From positions 398,040,001-398,104,000 of the forward strand of contig OZ024741.1 in the NCBI GenBank assembly GCA_964016885.1: a stretch of DNA of 64,000 nt. Reading direction: 5' to 3'. Below the pieces are notes generated by a model that had not been told where the DNA came from, ran no database searches, and worked only from the letters and a program-made list of their open reading frames with translations. Position numbers and translations under genes: made by a program. Positions 1-13,700 of the stretch are shown here, one piece after another. Each line of letters starts with the position of its first letter. Position 1 is the stretch's first letter. This DNA comes from Eledone cirrhosa (lineage: Eukaryota).

Positions 1-3000
1 ACATTACAGTTACTTACCCTGTCACAACCTATTACATTACAGTTACTTACCCTGTCACAACCTATTACATTACAGTTACTTACCCTGTCACTTCTACTCT
101 CCTCTCACAACCTATTACTTTACAGTTACTTACCCTGTCACAACCTATTACTTTACAGTTACTTCCCCTGTCACTTCTACTCTCCTCACACAACCTATTA
201 CTTTACAGTTACTTCCCCTGTCACTTCTACTCTCCTCTCACAACCTATTACATTACAGTTACTTCCCCTGTCACTTCTACTCTCCTCTCACAACCTATTA
301 CATTACAGTTACTTCCCCTGTCACTTCTACTCTCCTCTCACAACCTATTACATTACAGTTACTTCCCCTGTCACTTCTACTCTCCTCTCACAACCTATTA
401 CTTTACAGGTACTTACCCTGTCACAACCTATTACATTACAGTTACTTCCCCTGTCACTTCTACTCTCCTCTCACAACCTATTACTTTACAGTTACTTACC
501 CTGTCACAACCTATTACATTACAGTTACTTCCCCTGTCACTTCTACTCTCCTCTCACAACCTATTACATTACAGTTACTTCCCCTGTCACAACCTATTAC
601 ATTACAGTTACTTCCCCTGTCACTTCTACTCTCCTCTCACAACATATTACTTTACAGTTACTTCCCCTGTCACTTCTACTCTCCTCTCACAACCTATTAC
701 ATTACAGTTACTTCCCCTGTCACTTCTACTCTACTCTCACAACCTATTACATTACAGTTACTTCCCCTGTCACTTCTACTCTCCTCTCACAACCTATTAC
801 TTTACAGTTACTTCCCCTGTCACTTCTACTCTCGTCTCACAATCTATTACATTACAGTTACTTCCCCTGTCACTTCTACTCTCCGCTCACAACCTATTAC
901 ATTACAGTTACTTCCCCTGTCACTTCTACTCTCCTCTCACGACCTATTACTTTACAGTTACTTCCCCTGTCACTTCTACTCTCCTCTCACAACCTATTAC
1001 TTTACAGTTACTTCCCCTGTCACTTCTACTCTCCTCTCACAACCTATTACATTACAGTTACTTCCCCTGTCACTTCTACTCTCCTCTCACAACCTATTAC
1101 ATTACAGTTACTTCCCCTGTCACTTCTACTCTCCTCTCACAACCTATTACATTACAGTTACTTCCCCTGTCACTTCTACTCTCCTCTCACAACCTATTAC
1201 ATTACAGTTACTTCCCCTGTCACTTCTACTCTCCTCTCACAACCTATTACTTTACAGTTACTTCCCCTGTCACTTCTACTCTCCTCTCACAACCTATTAC
1301 ATTACAGTTACTTCCCCTGTCACTTCTACTCTCCTCTCACAACCTATTACATTACAGTTACTTCCCCTGTCACTTCTACTCTCCTCTCACAACCTATTAC
1401 TTTACAGTTACTTACCCTGTCACAACCTAATACATTACAGTTACTTCCCCTGTCACTTCTACTCTCCTCTCACAACCTATTACTTTACAGTTACTTACCC
1501 TGTCACAACCTATTACATTACAGTTACTTCCCCTGTCACTTCTACTCTCCTCTCACAACCTATTACTTTACAGTTACTTACCCTGTCACAACCTATTACA
1601 TTACAGTTACTTCCCCTGTCACTTCTACTCTCCTCTCACAACCTATTACATTACAGTTACTTCCCCTGTCACAACCTATTACATTACAGTTACTTCCCCT
1701 GTCACTTCTACTCTCCTCTCACAACCTATTACATTACAGTTACTTACCCTCTCACAACCTATTACTTTACAGTTACTTCCCCTGTCACTTCTACTCTCCT
1801 CTCACAACCTATTACATTACAGTTACTTCCCCTGTCACTTCTACTCTCCTCTCACAACCTATTACATTACAGTTACTTCCCCTGTCACTTCTACTCTCCT
1901 CTCACAACCTATTACATTACAGTTACTTCCCCTGTCACTTCTACTCTCCTCTCACAACCTATTACATTACAGTTACTTACCCTGTCACTTCTACTCTCCT
2001 CTCACAACCTATTACTTTACAGTTACTTCCCCTGTCACTTCTACTCTCCTCTCACAACCGATTACATTACAGCTACTTCCCCTGTCACTTCTACTCTCCT
2101 CTCACAACCTATTACTTTACAGTTACTTACGCTGTCACAACCTATTACATTACAGTTACTTCCCCTGTCACTTCTACTCTCCTCTCACAACCTATTACTT
2201 TACAGTTACTTACCCTGTCACAACCTATTACATTACAGTTACTTACCCTGTCACAACCTATTACATTACAGTTACTTACCCTGTCACTTCTACTCTCCTC
2301 TCACAACCTATTACTTTACAGTTACTTACCCTGTCACAACGTATTACATTACAGTTACTTACCCTGTCAGTTCTACTCTCCTCTCACAACCTATTTCTTT
2401 ACAGTTACTTACCCTGTCACTTCTACTCTCCTGTCACAACCTATTACTTTACAGTTACTTACCCTGTCACAACCTATTACATTACAGTTACTTACCCTGT
2501 CACTTCTACTCTCCTCTCACAACCTATTACTTTACAGTTACTTACCCTGTCACAACCTATTACTTTACAGTTACTTACCCTGTCACTTCTACTCTCCTCT
2601 CACAACCTATTACATTACAGTTACTTACCCTGTCACTTCTACTCTCCTCTCACAACCTATTACTTTACAGTTACTTACCCTGTCACAACCTATTACATTA
2701 CAGTTACTTCCCCCTGTCAATTCTACTCTCCTCTCACAACCTATTACTTTACAGTTACTTCCCCTGTCACTTCTACTCTCCTCTCACAACCTATTACATT
2801 ACAGTTACTTCCCCTGTCACTTCTACTCTCCTCTCACAACCTATTACTTTACAGTTACTTCCCCTGTCACTTCTACTCTCCTCTCACAACCTATTACATT
2901 AGAGTTACTTCCCCTGTCACTTCTACTCTCCTCTCACAACCTATTACTTTACAGTTACTTCCCCTGTCACTTCTACTCTCGTCTCACAACCTATTACATT

Positions 3001-6000
3001 ACAGTTACTTCCCCTGTCACTTCTACTCTCCGCTCACAACCTATTACATTACAGTTACTTCCCATGTCACTTCTACTCTCCTCTCACAACCTATTACTTT
3101 ACAGTTACTTCCCCTGTCACTTCTACTCTCCTCTCACAAGCTATTACTTTACAGTTACTTACCCTCTCACAACCTAATACATTACAGTTACTTCCCCTGT
3201 CACTTCTACTCTCCTCTCACAACCTATTACATTACAGTTACTTCCCCTGTCACAACCTATTACTTTACAGTTACTTCCCCTGTAACTTCTACTCTCCTCT
3301 CACAACCTATTACATTACAGTTACTTCCCCTGTCACAACCTATTTCTTTACAGTTACTTACCCTGTCACTTCTACTCTCCTCTCACAACCTATTACATTA
3401 CAGTTACTTACCCTCTCACAACCTAATACATTACAGTTACTTCCCCTGTCACTTCTACTCTCCTCTCACAACCTATTACTTTACAGTTACTTCCCCTGTC
3501 ACTTCTACTCTCCTCTCACAACCTATTACTTTACAGTTACTTCCCCTGTCACTTCTACTCTCCTCTCACAACCTATTACATTACAGTTACTTCCCCTGTC
3601 ACAACCTATTACTTTACAGTTACTTCCCCTGTCACTTCTACTCTCCTCTCACAACCTATTACTTTACAGTTACTTCCCCTGTCACTTCTACTCTCCTCTC
3701 ACAACCTATTACATTACAGTTACTTCCCCTGTCACAACCTATTACTTTACAGTTACTTCCCCTGTCACTTCTACTCTCCTCTCACAACCTATTATTTTAC
3801 AGTTACTTCCCCTGTCACTTCTACTCTCCTCTCACAACCTATTACATTACAGTTACTTCCCCTGTCACAACCTATTACTTTACAGTTACTTCCCCTGTCA
3901 CTTCTACTCTCCTCTCACAACCTATTACTTTACAGTTACTTCCCCTGTCACTTCTACTCTCCTCACACAACCTATTACTTTTCAGTTACTTCCCCTGTCA
4001 CTTCTACTCTCCTCTCACAACCTATTACATTACAGTTACTTACCCTGTCACAACCTATTACATTACAGTTACTTCCCATGTAACTTCTACTCTCCTCACA
4101 CAACCTATTACATTACAGTTACTTACCGTCACAACCTATTACATTACAGTTACTTCCCCTGTCACTTCTACTCTCCTCTCACAACCTATTACATTACAGT
4201 TACTTACCCTCTCACAACCTATTACTTTACAGTTACTTCCCCTGTCACTTCTACTCTCCTCTCACAACCTATTACTTTACAGTTACTTCCCCTGTCACTT
4301 CTACTCTCCTCTCACAACCTATTACTTTATAGTTACTTCCCCTGTCACTTCTACTCTCCTCTCACAACCTATTACATTACAGTTACTTACCCTGTCACTT
4401 CTACTCTCCTCTCACAACCTATTACTTTACAGTTACTTACCCTGTCACAGCCTATTACATTACAGTTACTTCCCCTGTCACTTCTACTCTCCTCTCACAA
4501 CCTATTACTTTACAGTTACTTCCCCTGTCACTTCTACTCTCCTCTCACAACCTATTACTTTACAGTTACTTACCCTGTCACAACCTATTACATTACAGTT
4601 ACTTCCCCTGTCACTTCTACTCTCCTCTCACAACCTATTACATTACAGTTACTTCCCCTGTCACTTCTACTCTCCTCTCACAACCTATTACTTTACAGTT
4701 ACTTCCCCTGTCACTTCTACTCTCCTCTCACAACCTATTACATTATAGTTACTTCCCCTGTCAATTCTACTCTCATCTCACAACCTATTACATTACAGTT
4801 ACTTCCCCTGTCACTTCTACTCTCCTCTCACAACCTATTACTTTACAGTTACTTCCCCTGTCACTTCTACTCTCTTCTCACAACCTATTACTTTACAGTT
4901 ACTTCCCCTGTCACTTCTACTCTCCTCTCACAACCTATTACATTACAGTTACTTCCCCTGTCACAACCTATTACATTACAGTTACCTCTCCCTGTCACTT
5001 CTACTCTCCTCTCACAACCTATTACATTACAGTTACTTCCCCTGTCACTTCTACTCTCCTCTCACAACCTATTACTTTACAGTTACTTCCCCTGTCACTT
5101 CTACTCTCCTCTCACAACCTATTACATTACAGTTACTTCCCCTGTCATTTCTACTCTCCTCTCACAACCTATTACATTACAGTTACTTCCCCTGTCACTT
5201 CTACTCTCCTCTCACAACCTATTACTTTACAGTTACTTCCCCTGTCACTTCTACTCTCGTCTCACAACCTATTACATTACAGTTACTTCCCCTGTCACTT
5301 CTACTCTCCTCTCACAACCTATTACATTACAGTTACTTCCCCTGTCACTTCTACTCTCCTCTCACAACCTATTACTTTACAGTTATTTCCCCTGTCACTT
5401 CTACTCTCCTCTCACAACCTATTACTTTACAGTTACTTCCCCTGTCACTTCTACTCTCCTCTCACAACCTATTACATTACAGTTACTTCCCCTGTCACTT
5501 CTACTCTCCTCTCACAACCTATTACATTACAGTTACTTCGCCTGTCACTTCTACTCTCCACTCACAACCTATTACATTACAGTTACTTCCCCTGTCACTT
5601 CTACTCTCCTCTCACAACCTATTACATTACAGTTACTTCCCCTGTCACTTCTACTCTACTCTCACAACCTATTACATTACAGTTACTTCCCCTGTCACTT
5701 CTACTCTCCTCTCACAACCTATTACATTACAGTTACTTCCCCTGTCACTTCTACTCTCCTCTCACAACCTATTACATTACAGTTACTTCCCCTGTCACAA
5801 CCTATTACATTACAGTTACTTCCCCTGTCACTTCTACTCTCCTCTCACAACCTATTACTTTACAGTTACTTCCCCTGTCACTTCTACTCTCCTCTCACAA
5901 CCTATTACATTACAGTTACTTCCCCTGTCACTTCTACTCTCCTCTCACAACCTATTACATTACAGTTACTTCCCCTGTCACTTCTACTCTCCTCTCACAA

Positions 6001-6700
6001 CCTATTACTTTACAGTTACTTACCCTGTCACAACCTAATACATTACAGTTACTTCCCCTGTCACTTCTACTCTCCTCTCACAACCTATTACTTTACAGTT
6101 ACTTACCCTGTCACAACCTATTACATTACAGTTACTTCCCCTGTCACTTCTACTCTCCTCTCACAACCTATTACATTACAGTTACTTACCCTCTCACAAC
6201 CTATTACTTTACAGTTACTTCCCCTGTCACTTCTACTCTCCTCTCACAACCTATTACTTTACAGTTACTTCCCCTGTCACTTCTACTCTCCTCTCACAAC
6301 CTATTACTTTACAGTTACTTACCCTCTCACAACATATTACATTACAGTTACTTCCCCTGTCACTTCTTCTCTCCTCTCACAACCTATTACTTTACAGTTA
6401 CTTACCCTGTCACAACCTATTACAATACAGTTACTTCCCCTCTCACTTCTACTCTCCTCTCACAACCTATTACATTACAGTTACTTCCCCTGTCACAGCC
6501 TATTACATTACAGTTACTTCCCCTGTCACTTCTACTCTCCTCTCACAACCTATTACTTTACAGTTACTTCCCCTGTCACTTCTACTCTCCTCTCACAACC
6601 TATTACTTTACAGTTACTTACCCTGTCACAACCTATTACATTACAGTTACTTCCCCTGTCATTTCTACTCTCCTCTCACAACCTATTACTTTACAGTTAC
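1..6700. repeat. Left flanking domain: 50-mer-rich, almost lacking the ACAGCC variant
   Basis: ACAGCC seen only at about 4450 and 6498. Recurrent TACCCTCTCAC and CCTAATAC variants are present. Confidence 0.75.
587..1386. repeat. Homogeneous run of 16 consecutive 50-bp monomers (similar runs at about 5.0-5.8 kb and 7.95-8.65 kb)
   Basis: Unit starts at 587 and 1387 are exactly 800 bp apart with no 33-bp unit between them. Confidence 0.9.
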
Positions 6701-9700
6701 TTCCCCTGTCACTTCTACTCTCCTCTCACAACCTATTACTTTACAGTTACTTACCCTGTCACAGCCTATTACATTACAGTTACTTACCCTGTCACAACCT
6801 ATTACATTACAGTTACTTCCCCTGTCACTTCTACTCTCCTCTCACAACCTATTACTTTACTGTTACTTCCCCTGTCACTTCTACTCTCCTCTCACAACCT
6901 ATTACTTTACAGTTACTTACCCTGTCACAGCCTATTACATTACAGTTACTTACCCTGTCACAACCTATTACATTACAGTTACTTCCCCTGTCACTTCTAC
7001 TCTCCTCTCACAACCTATTACTTTACAGTTACTTCCCCTGTCACTTCTACTCTCCTCTAACAACCTATTACTTTACAGTTACTTACCCTGTCACAGCCTA
7101 TTACATTACAGTTACTTACCCTGTTACAAACTATTACATTACAGTTACTTCCCCTGTCACTTCTACTCTCCTCTCACAACCTATTACTTTACAGTTACTT
7201 CCCCTGTCACTTCTACTCTCCTCTCACAACCTATTACTTTACAGTTACTTACCCTGTCACAGCCTATTTCATTACAGTTACTTACCCTGTCACAACCTAT
7301 TACATTACAATTACTTGCCCTGTCACTTCTACTCTCCTCTCACAACCTATTACATTACAGTTACTTCCCCTGTCACTTCTACTCTCCTCTCACAACCTAT
7401 TACTTCACAGTTCCTTCCCCTGTCACTTCTACTCTCCTCTCACAACCTATTACTTTACAGTTACTTACCCTGTCACAGGCTATTACATTACAGTTACTTA
7501 CCCTGTCACAACCTATTACATTACAGTTACTTCCCCTGTCACTTCTACTCTCCTCTCACAACCTATTACTTTACAGTTACTTCCCCTGTCACTTCTTCTC
7601 TCCTCTCACAACCTATTACTTTACAGTTACTTACCCTGTCACAGCCTATTACATTACAGTTACTTACCCTGTCACAACCTATTACATTACACTTACTTCC
7701 CCTGTCACTTCTACTCTCCTCTCACAACCTATTACTTTACAGTTACTTACCCTGTCACATCCTATTACATTACAGTTACTTACCCTGTCACAACCTATTA
7801 CATCACAGTTACTTCCCCTGTCACTTCTACTCTCCTCTCACAACCTATTACATTACAGTTACTTCCCCTGTCACTTCTACTCTCCTCTCACAACCTATTA
7901 CATTACAGTTACTTCCCCTGTCACAACTTATTACATTACAGTTACCTCCCCCTGTCACTTCTACTCTCCTCTCACAACCTATTACATTACAGTTACTTCC
8001 CCTGTCACTTCTACTCTCCTCTCACAACCTATTACTTTACAGTTACTTCCCCTGTCACTTCTACTCTCCTCTCACAACCTATTACTTTACAGTTACTTCC
8101 CCTGTCACTTCTACTCTCCTCTCACAACCTATTACATTACAGTTACTTCCCCTGTCACTTCTACTCTCCTCTCACAACCTATTACTTTACAGTTACTTCC
8201 CCTGTCACTTCTACTCTCCTCTCACAACCTATTACTTTACAGTTATTTCCCCTGTCACTTCTACTCTCCTCTCACAACCTATTACTTTACAGTTACTTCC
8301 CCTGTCACTTCTACTCTACTCTCACAACCTATTACATTACAGTTACTTCCCCTGTCACTTCTACTCTCCTCTCACAACCTATTACATTACAGTTACTTCC
8401 CCTGTCACTTCTACTCTCCTCTCACAACCTATTACATTACAGTTACTTCCCCTGTCACTTCTACTCTCCTCTCACAACCTATTACATTACAGTTACTTCC
8501 CCTGTCACTTCTACTCTACTCTCACAACCTATTACATTACAGTTACTTCCCCTGTCACTTCTACTCTCCTCTCACAACCTATTACATTACAGTTACTTCC
8601 CCTGTCACTTCTACTCTCCTCTCACAACCTATTACATTACAGTTACTTCCCCTGTCACAACCTATTACATTACAGTTACTTCCCCTGTCACTTCTACTCT
8701 CCTCTCACAACCTATTACTTTACAGTTACTTCCCCTGTCACTTCTACTCTCCTCTCACAACCTATTACATTACAGTTACTTCCCCTGTCACTTCTACTCT
8801 CCTCTCACAACCTATTACATTACAGTTACTTCCCCTGTCACTTCTACTCTCCTCTCACAACCTACTACTTTACAGTTACTTACCCTGTCACAACCTAATA
8901 CATTACAGTTACTTCCACTGTCACTTCTACTCTCCTCGCACAACCTATTACTTTACAGTTACTTACCCTGTCACAACCTATTACATTACAGTTACTTCCC
9001 CTGTCACTTCTACTCTCCTCTCACAACCTATTACATTACAGTTACTTACCCTCTCACAACCTATTACTTTACAGTTACTTCCCCTGTCACTTCTACTCTC
9101 CTCTCACAACCTATTACTTTACAGTTACTTCCCCTGTCACTTCTACTCTCCTCTCACAACCTATTACTTTATAGTTACTTCCCCTGTCACTTCTACTCTC
9201 CTCTCACAACCTATTACTTTACAGTTACTTACCCTCTCACAACCTATTACATTACAGTTACTTCCCCTGTCACTTCTTCTCTCCTCTCACAACCTATTAC
9301 TTTACAGTTACTTACCCTGTCACAACCTAATACAATACAGTTACTTCCCCTCTCACTTCTACTCTCCTCTCACAACCTATTACATTACAGTTACTTCCCC
9401 TGTCACAGCCTATTACATTACAGTTACTTCCCCTGTCACTTCTACTCTCCTCTCACAACCTATTACTTTACAGTTACTTCCCCTGTCACTTCTACTCTCC
9501 TCTCACAACCTATTACTTTACAGTTACTTACCCTGTCACAACCTATTACATTACAGTTACTTCCCCTGTCACTTCTACTCTCCTCTCACAACCTATTACT
9601 TTACAGTTACTTCCCCTGTCACTTCTACTCTCCTCTCACAACCTATTACTTTACAGTTACTTACCCTGTCACAGCCTATTACATTACAGTTACTTACCCT

Positions 9701-10700
9701 GTCACAACCTATTACATTACAGTTACTTCCCCTGTCACTTCTACTCTCCTCTCACAACCTATTACTTTACTGTTACTTCCCCTGTCACTTCTACTCTCCT
9801 CTCACAACCTATTACTTTACAGTTACTTACCCTGTCACAGCCTATTACATTACAGTTACTTACCCTGTCACAACCTATTACATTACAGTTACTTCCCCTG
9901 TCACTTCTACTCTCCTCTCACAACCTATTACTTTACAGTTACTTCCCCTGTCACTTCTACTCTCCTCTCACAACCTATTACTTTACAGTTACTTACCCTG
10001 TCACAGCCTATTACATTACAGTTACTTACCCTGTCACAACCTATTACATTACAGTTACTTCCCCTGTCACTTCTACTCTCCTCTCACAACCTATTACTTT
10101 ACAGTTACTTCCCCTGTCACTTCTACTCTCCTCTCACAACCTATTACTTTACAGTTACTTACCCTGTCACAGCCTATTACATTACAGTTACTTACCCTGT
10201 CACAACCTATTACATTACAGTTACTTGCCCTGTCACTTCTACTCTCCTCTCACAACCTATTACATTACAGTTACTTCCCCTGTCACTTCTACTCTCCTCT
10301 CACAACCTATTACTTTACAGTTACTTCCCCTGTCACTTCTACTCTCCTCTCACAACCTATTACTTTACAGTTACTTACCCTGTCACAGGCTATTACATTA
10401 CAGTTACTTACCCTGTCACAACCTATTACATTACAGTTACTTCCCCTGTCACTTCTACTCTCCTCTCACAACCTATTACTTTACAGTTACTTCCCCTGTC
10501 ACTTCTTCTCTCCTCTCACAACCTATTACTTTACAGTTACTTTCCCTGTCACAGCCTATTACATTACAGTTACTTACCCTGTCACAACCTATTACATTAC
10601 AGTTACTTCCCCTGTCACTTCTACTCTCCTCTCACAACCTATTACTTTACAGTTACTTACCCTGTCACAGCCTATTACATTACAGTTACTTACCCTGTCA
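4950..10700. repeat. About 2.9-kb tandem duplication within the array
   Basis: Shared private variants in the same order: GTTACCTC (~4981/7941), GTTATTTCC (~5382/8242), CTTCTTCT (~6363/9273), TACAATAC (6421/9331), TTGCCC (7315/10225), ACAGGC (~7475/10385). Offsets are 2860-2960. Confidence 0.85.
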
Positions 10701-13700
10701 CAACCTATTACATTACACTTACTTACCCTGTCACAACCTATTACATTACAGTTACTTCCCCTGTCACTTCTACTCTCCTCTCACAACCTATTACTTTACA
10801 GTTACTTACCCTGTCACAGCCTATTACATTACAGTTACTTACCCTGTCACAACCTATTACATTACAGTTACTTCCCCTGTCACTTCTACTCTCCTCTCAC
10901 AACCTATTACTTTACAGTTACTTACCCTGTCACAGCCTATTACATTACAGTTACTTACCCTGTCACAACCTATTACATTACAGTAACTTCCCCTGTCACT
11001 TCTACTCTCCTCTCACAACCTATTACTTTACAGTTACTTACCCTGTCACAGCCTATTACATTACAGTTACTTACCCTGTCACAACCTATTACATTACAGT
11101 TACTTCCCCTGTCACTTCTACTCTCCTCTCACAACCTATTACATTACAGTTACTTCCCCTGTCACTTCTACTCTCCTCTCACAACCTATTACTTCACAGT
11201 TACTTCCCCTGTCACTTCTACTCTCCTCTCACAACCTATTACTTTAGGGTTACTTACCCTGTCACAGCCTATTACATTACAGTTACTTACCCTGTCACAA
11301 CCTATTACATTACAGTTACTTCCCCTGTCACTTCTACTCTCCTCTCACAACCTATTATTTTACAGTTACTTCCCCTGTCACTTCTACTCTCCTCTCACAA
11401 CCTATTACTTTACAGATACTTACCCTGTCACAGCCTATTACATTACAGTTACTTACCCTGTCACAACCTATTACATTACAGTTACTTCCCCTGTCACTTC
11501 TACTCTCCTCTCACAACCTATTACTTTACAGTTATTTCCCCTGTCACTTCTACTCTCCTCTCACAACCTATTACTTTACAGTTATTTACCCTGTCACAGC
11601 CTATTACATTACAGTTACTTACCCTGTCACAACCTATTACATTACAGTTACTTCCCCTGTCACTTCTACTCTCCTCTCACAACCTATTACTTTACAGTTG
11701 CTTCCCCTGTCACTTCTACTCTCCTCTCACAACCTATTACTTTACAGTTACTTACCCTGTCACAGCCTATTACATTACAGTTACTTACCCTGTCACAACC
11801 TATTACATTACAGTTACTTCCCCTGTCACTTCTACTCTCCTCTCACAACCTATTACATTACAGTTACTTCCCCTGTCACTTCTACTTTCCTCTCACAACC
11901 TATTACTTTACAGTTACTTCCCCTGTCACTTCTACTCTCCTCTCACAACCTATTACTTTACAGTTACTTACCCTGTCACAGCCTATTACATTACAGTTAC
12001 TTACCCTGTCACAACCTATTACATTACAGTTACTTCCCCTGTCACTTCTACTCTCCTCTCACAACATATTACTTTACAGTTACTTCCCCTGTCACTTCTA
12101 CTCTCCTCTCACAACCTATTACTTTACAGTTACTTACCCTGTCACAGCCTATTACATTACAGTTACTTACCCTGTCACAACCTTTTACATTATAGTTACT
12201 TCCCCTGTCACTTCTACTCTCCTCTCACATCATATTACTTTACAGTTACTTGCCCTGTCACAGCCTATTACATTACAGTTACTTACCCTGTCACAACCTA
12301 TTACATTACAGTTACTTACCATGTCACAACCTATTACATTACAGTTACTTCCCCTGTCACTTCTACTCTCCTCTCACAACCTATTACTTTACAGTTACTT
12401 AGCCTGTCACAGCCTATTACATTACAGTTACTTACCCTGTCACAACCTATTACATTACAGTTACTTCCCCTGTCAATTCTACTCTCCTCTCACAACCTAT
12501 TACTTTACAGTTACTTACCCTGTCACAGCCTATTACATTACAGTTACTTACCCTGTCACAATCTATTACATTACAGTTACTTACCCTGTCACAGCCTATT
12601 ACATTACAGTTACTTACCCTGTCACAACCTTTTACATTATAGTTACTTCCCCTGTCACTTCTACTCTCCTCTCACAACATATTACTTTACAGTTACTTGC
12701 CCTGTCACAGCCTATTACATTACAGTTACTTACCCTGTCACAACCTATTACATTACAGTTACTTACCATGTCACAACCTATTACATTACAGTTACTTCCC
12801 CTGTCACTTCTACTCTCCTCTCACAACCTATTACTTTACAGTTACTTACCCTGTCACAGCCTGTTACATTACAGTTACTTACCCTGTCACAACCTATTAC
12901 ATTACAGTTACTTCCCCTGTCACTTCTACTCTCCTCTCACAACCTATTACATTACAGTTACTTCCCCTGTCACTTCTACTCTCCTCTCACAACCTATTAC
13001 TTTACAGTTACTTCCCCTGTCACTTCTACTCTCCTCTCACAACCTATTACTTTACAGTTACTTACCCTGTCACAGTCTATTACATTACAGTTACTTACCC
13101 TGTCACAACCTATTACATTACATTTACTTCCCCTGTCACTTCTACTCTCCTCTCACAACCTATTACTTTACAGTTACTTCCCCTGTCACTTCTACTCTCC
13201 TCTCACAACCTATTACTTTACAGTTACTTACCCTGTCACAGCCTATTACATTACAGTTACTTACCCTGTCACAACCTATTACATTACAGTTACTTCCCCT
13301 GTCACTTCTACTCTCCTCTCACAACCTATTACTTTACAGTTACTTACCCTGTCACAACCTATTACTTTACAGTTACTTCCCCTGTCACTTCTACTCTCCT
13401 CTCACAACCTATTACTTTACAGTTACTTACCCTGTCACAACCTATTACATTACAGTTACTTCCCCTGTCACTTATACTCTCCTCTCACAACCTATTACTT
13501 TACAGTTACTTACCCTGTCACAACCTATTACATTACAGTTACTTCCCCTGTCACTTCTACTCTCCTCTCACAACCTATTACTTTACAGTTACTTACCCTG
13601 TCACAACCTATTACATTACAGTTACTTCCCCTGTCACTTCTACTCTCCTCTCACAACATATTACATTACAGTTACTTACCCTGTCACAGCCTATTACATT

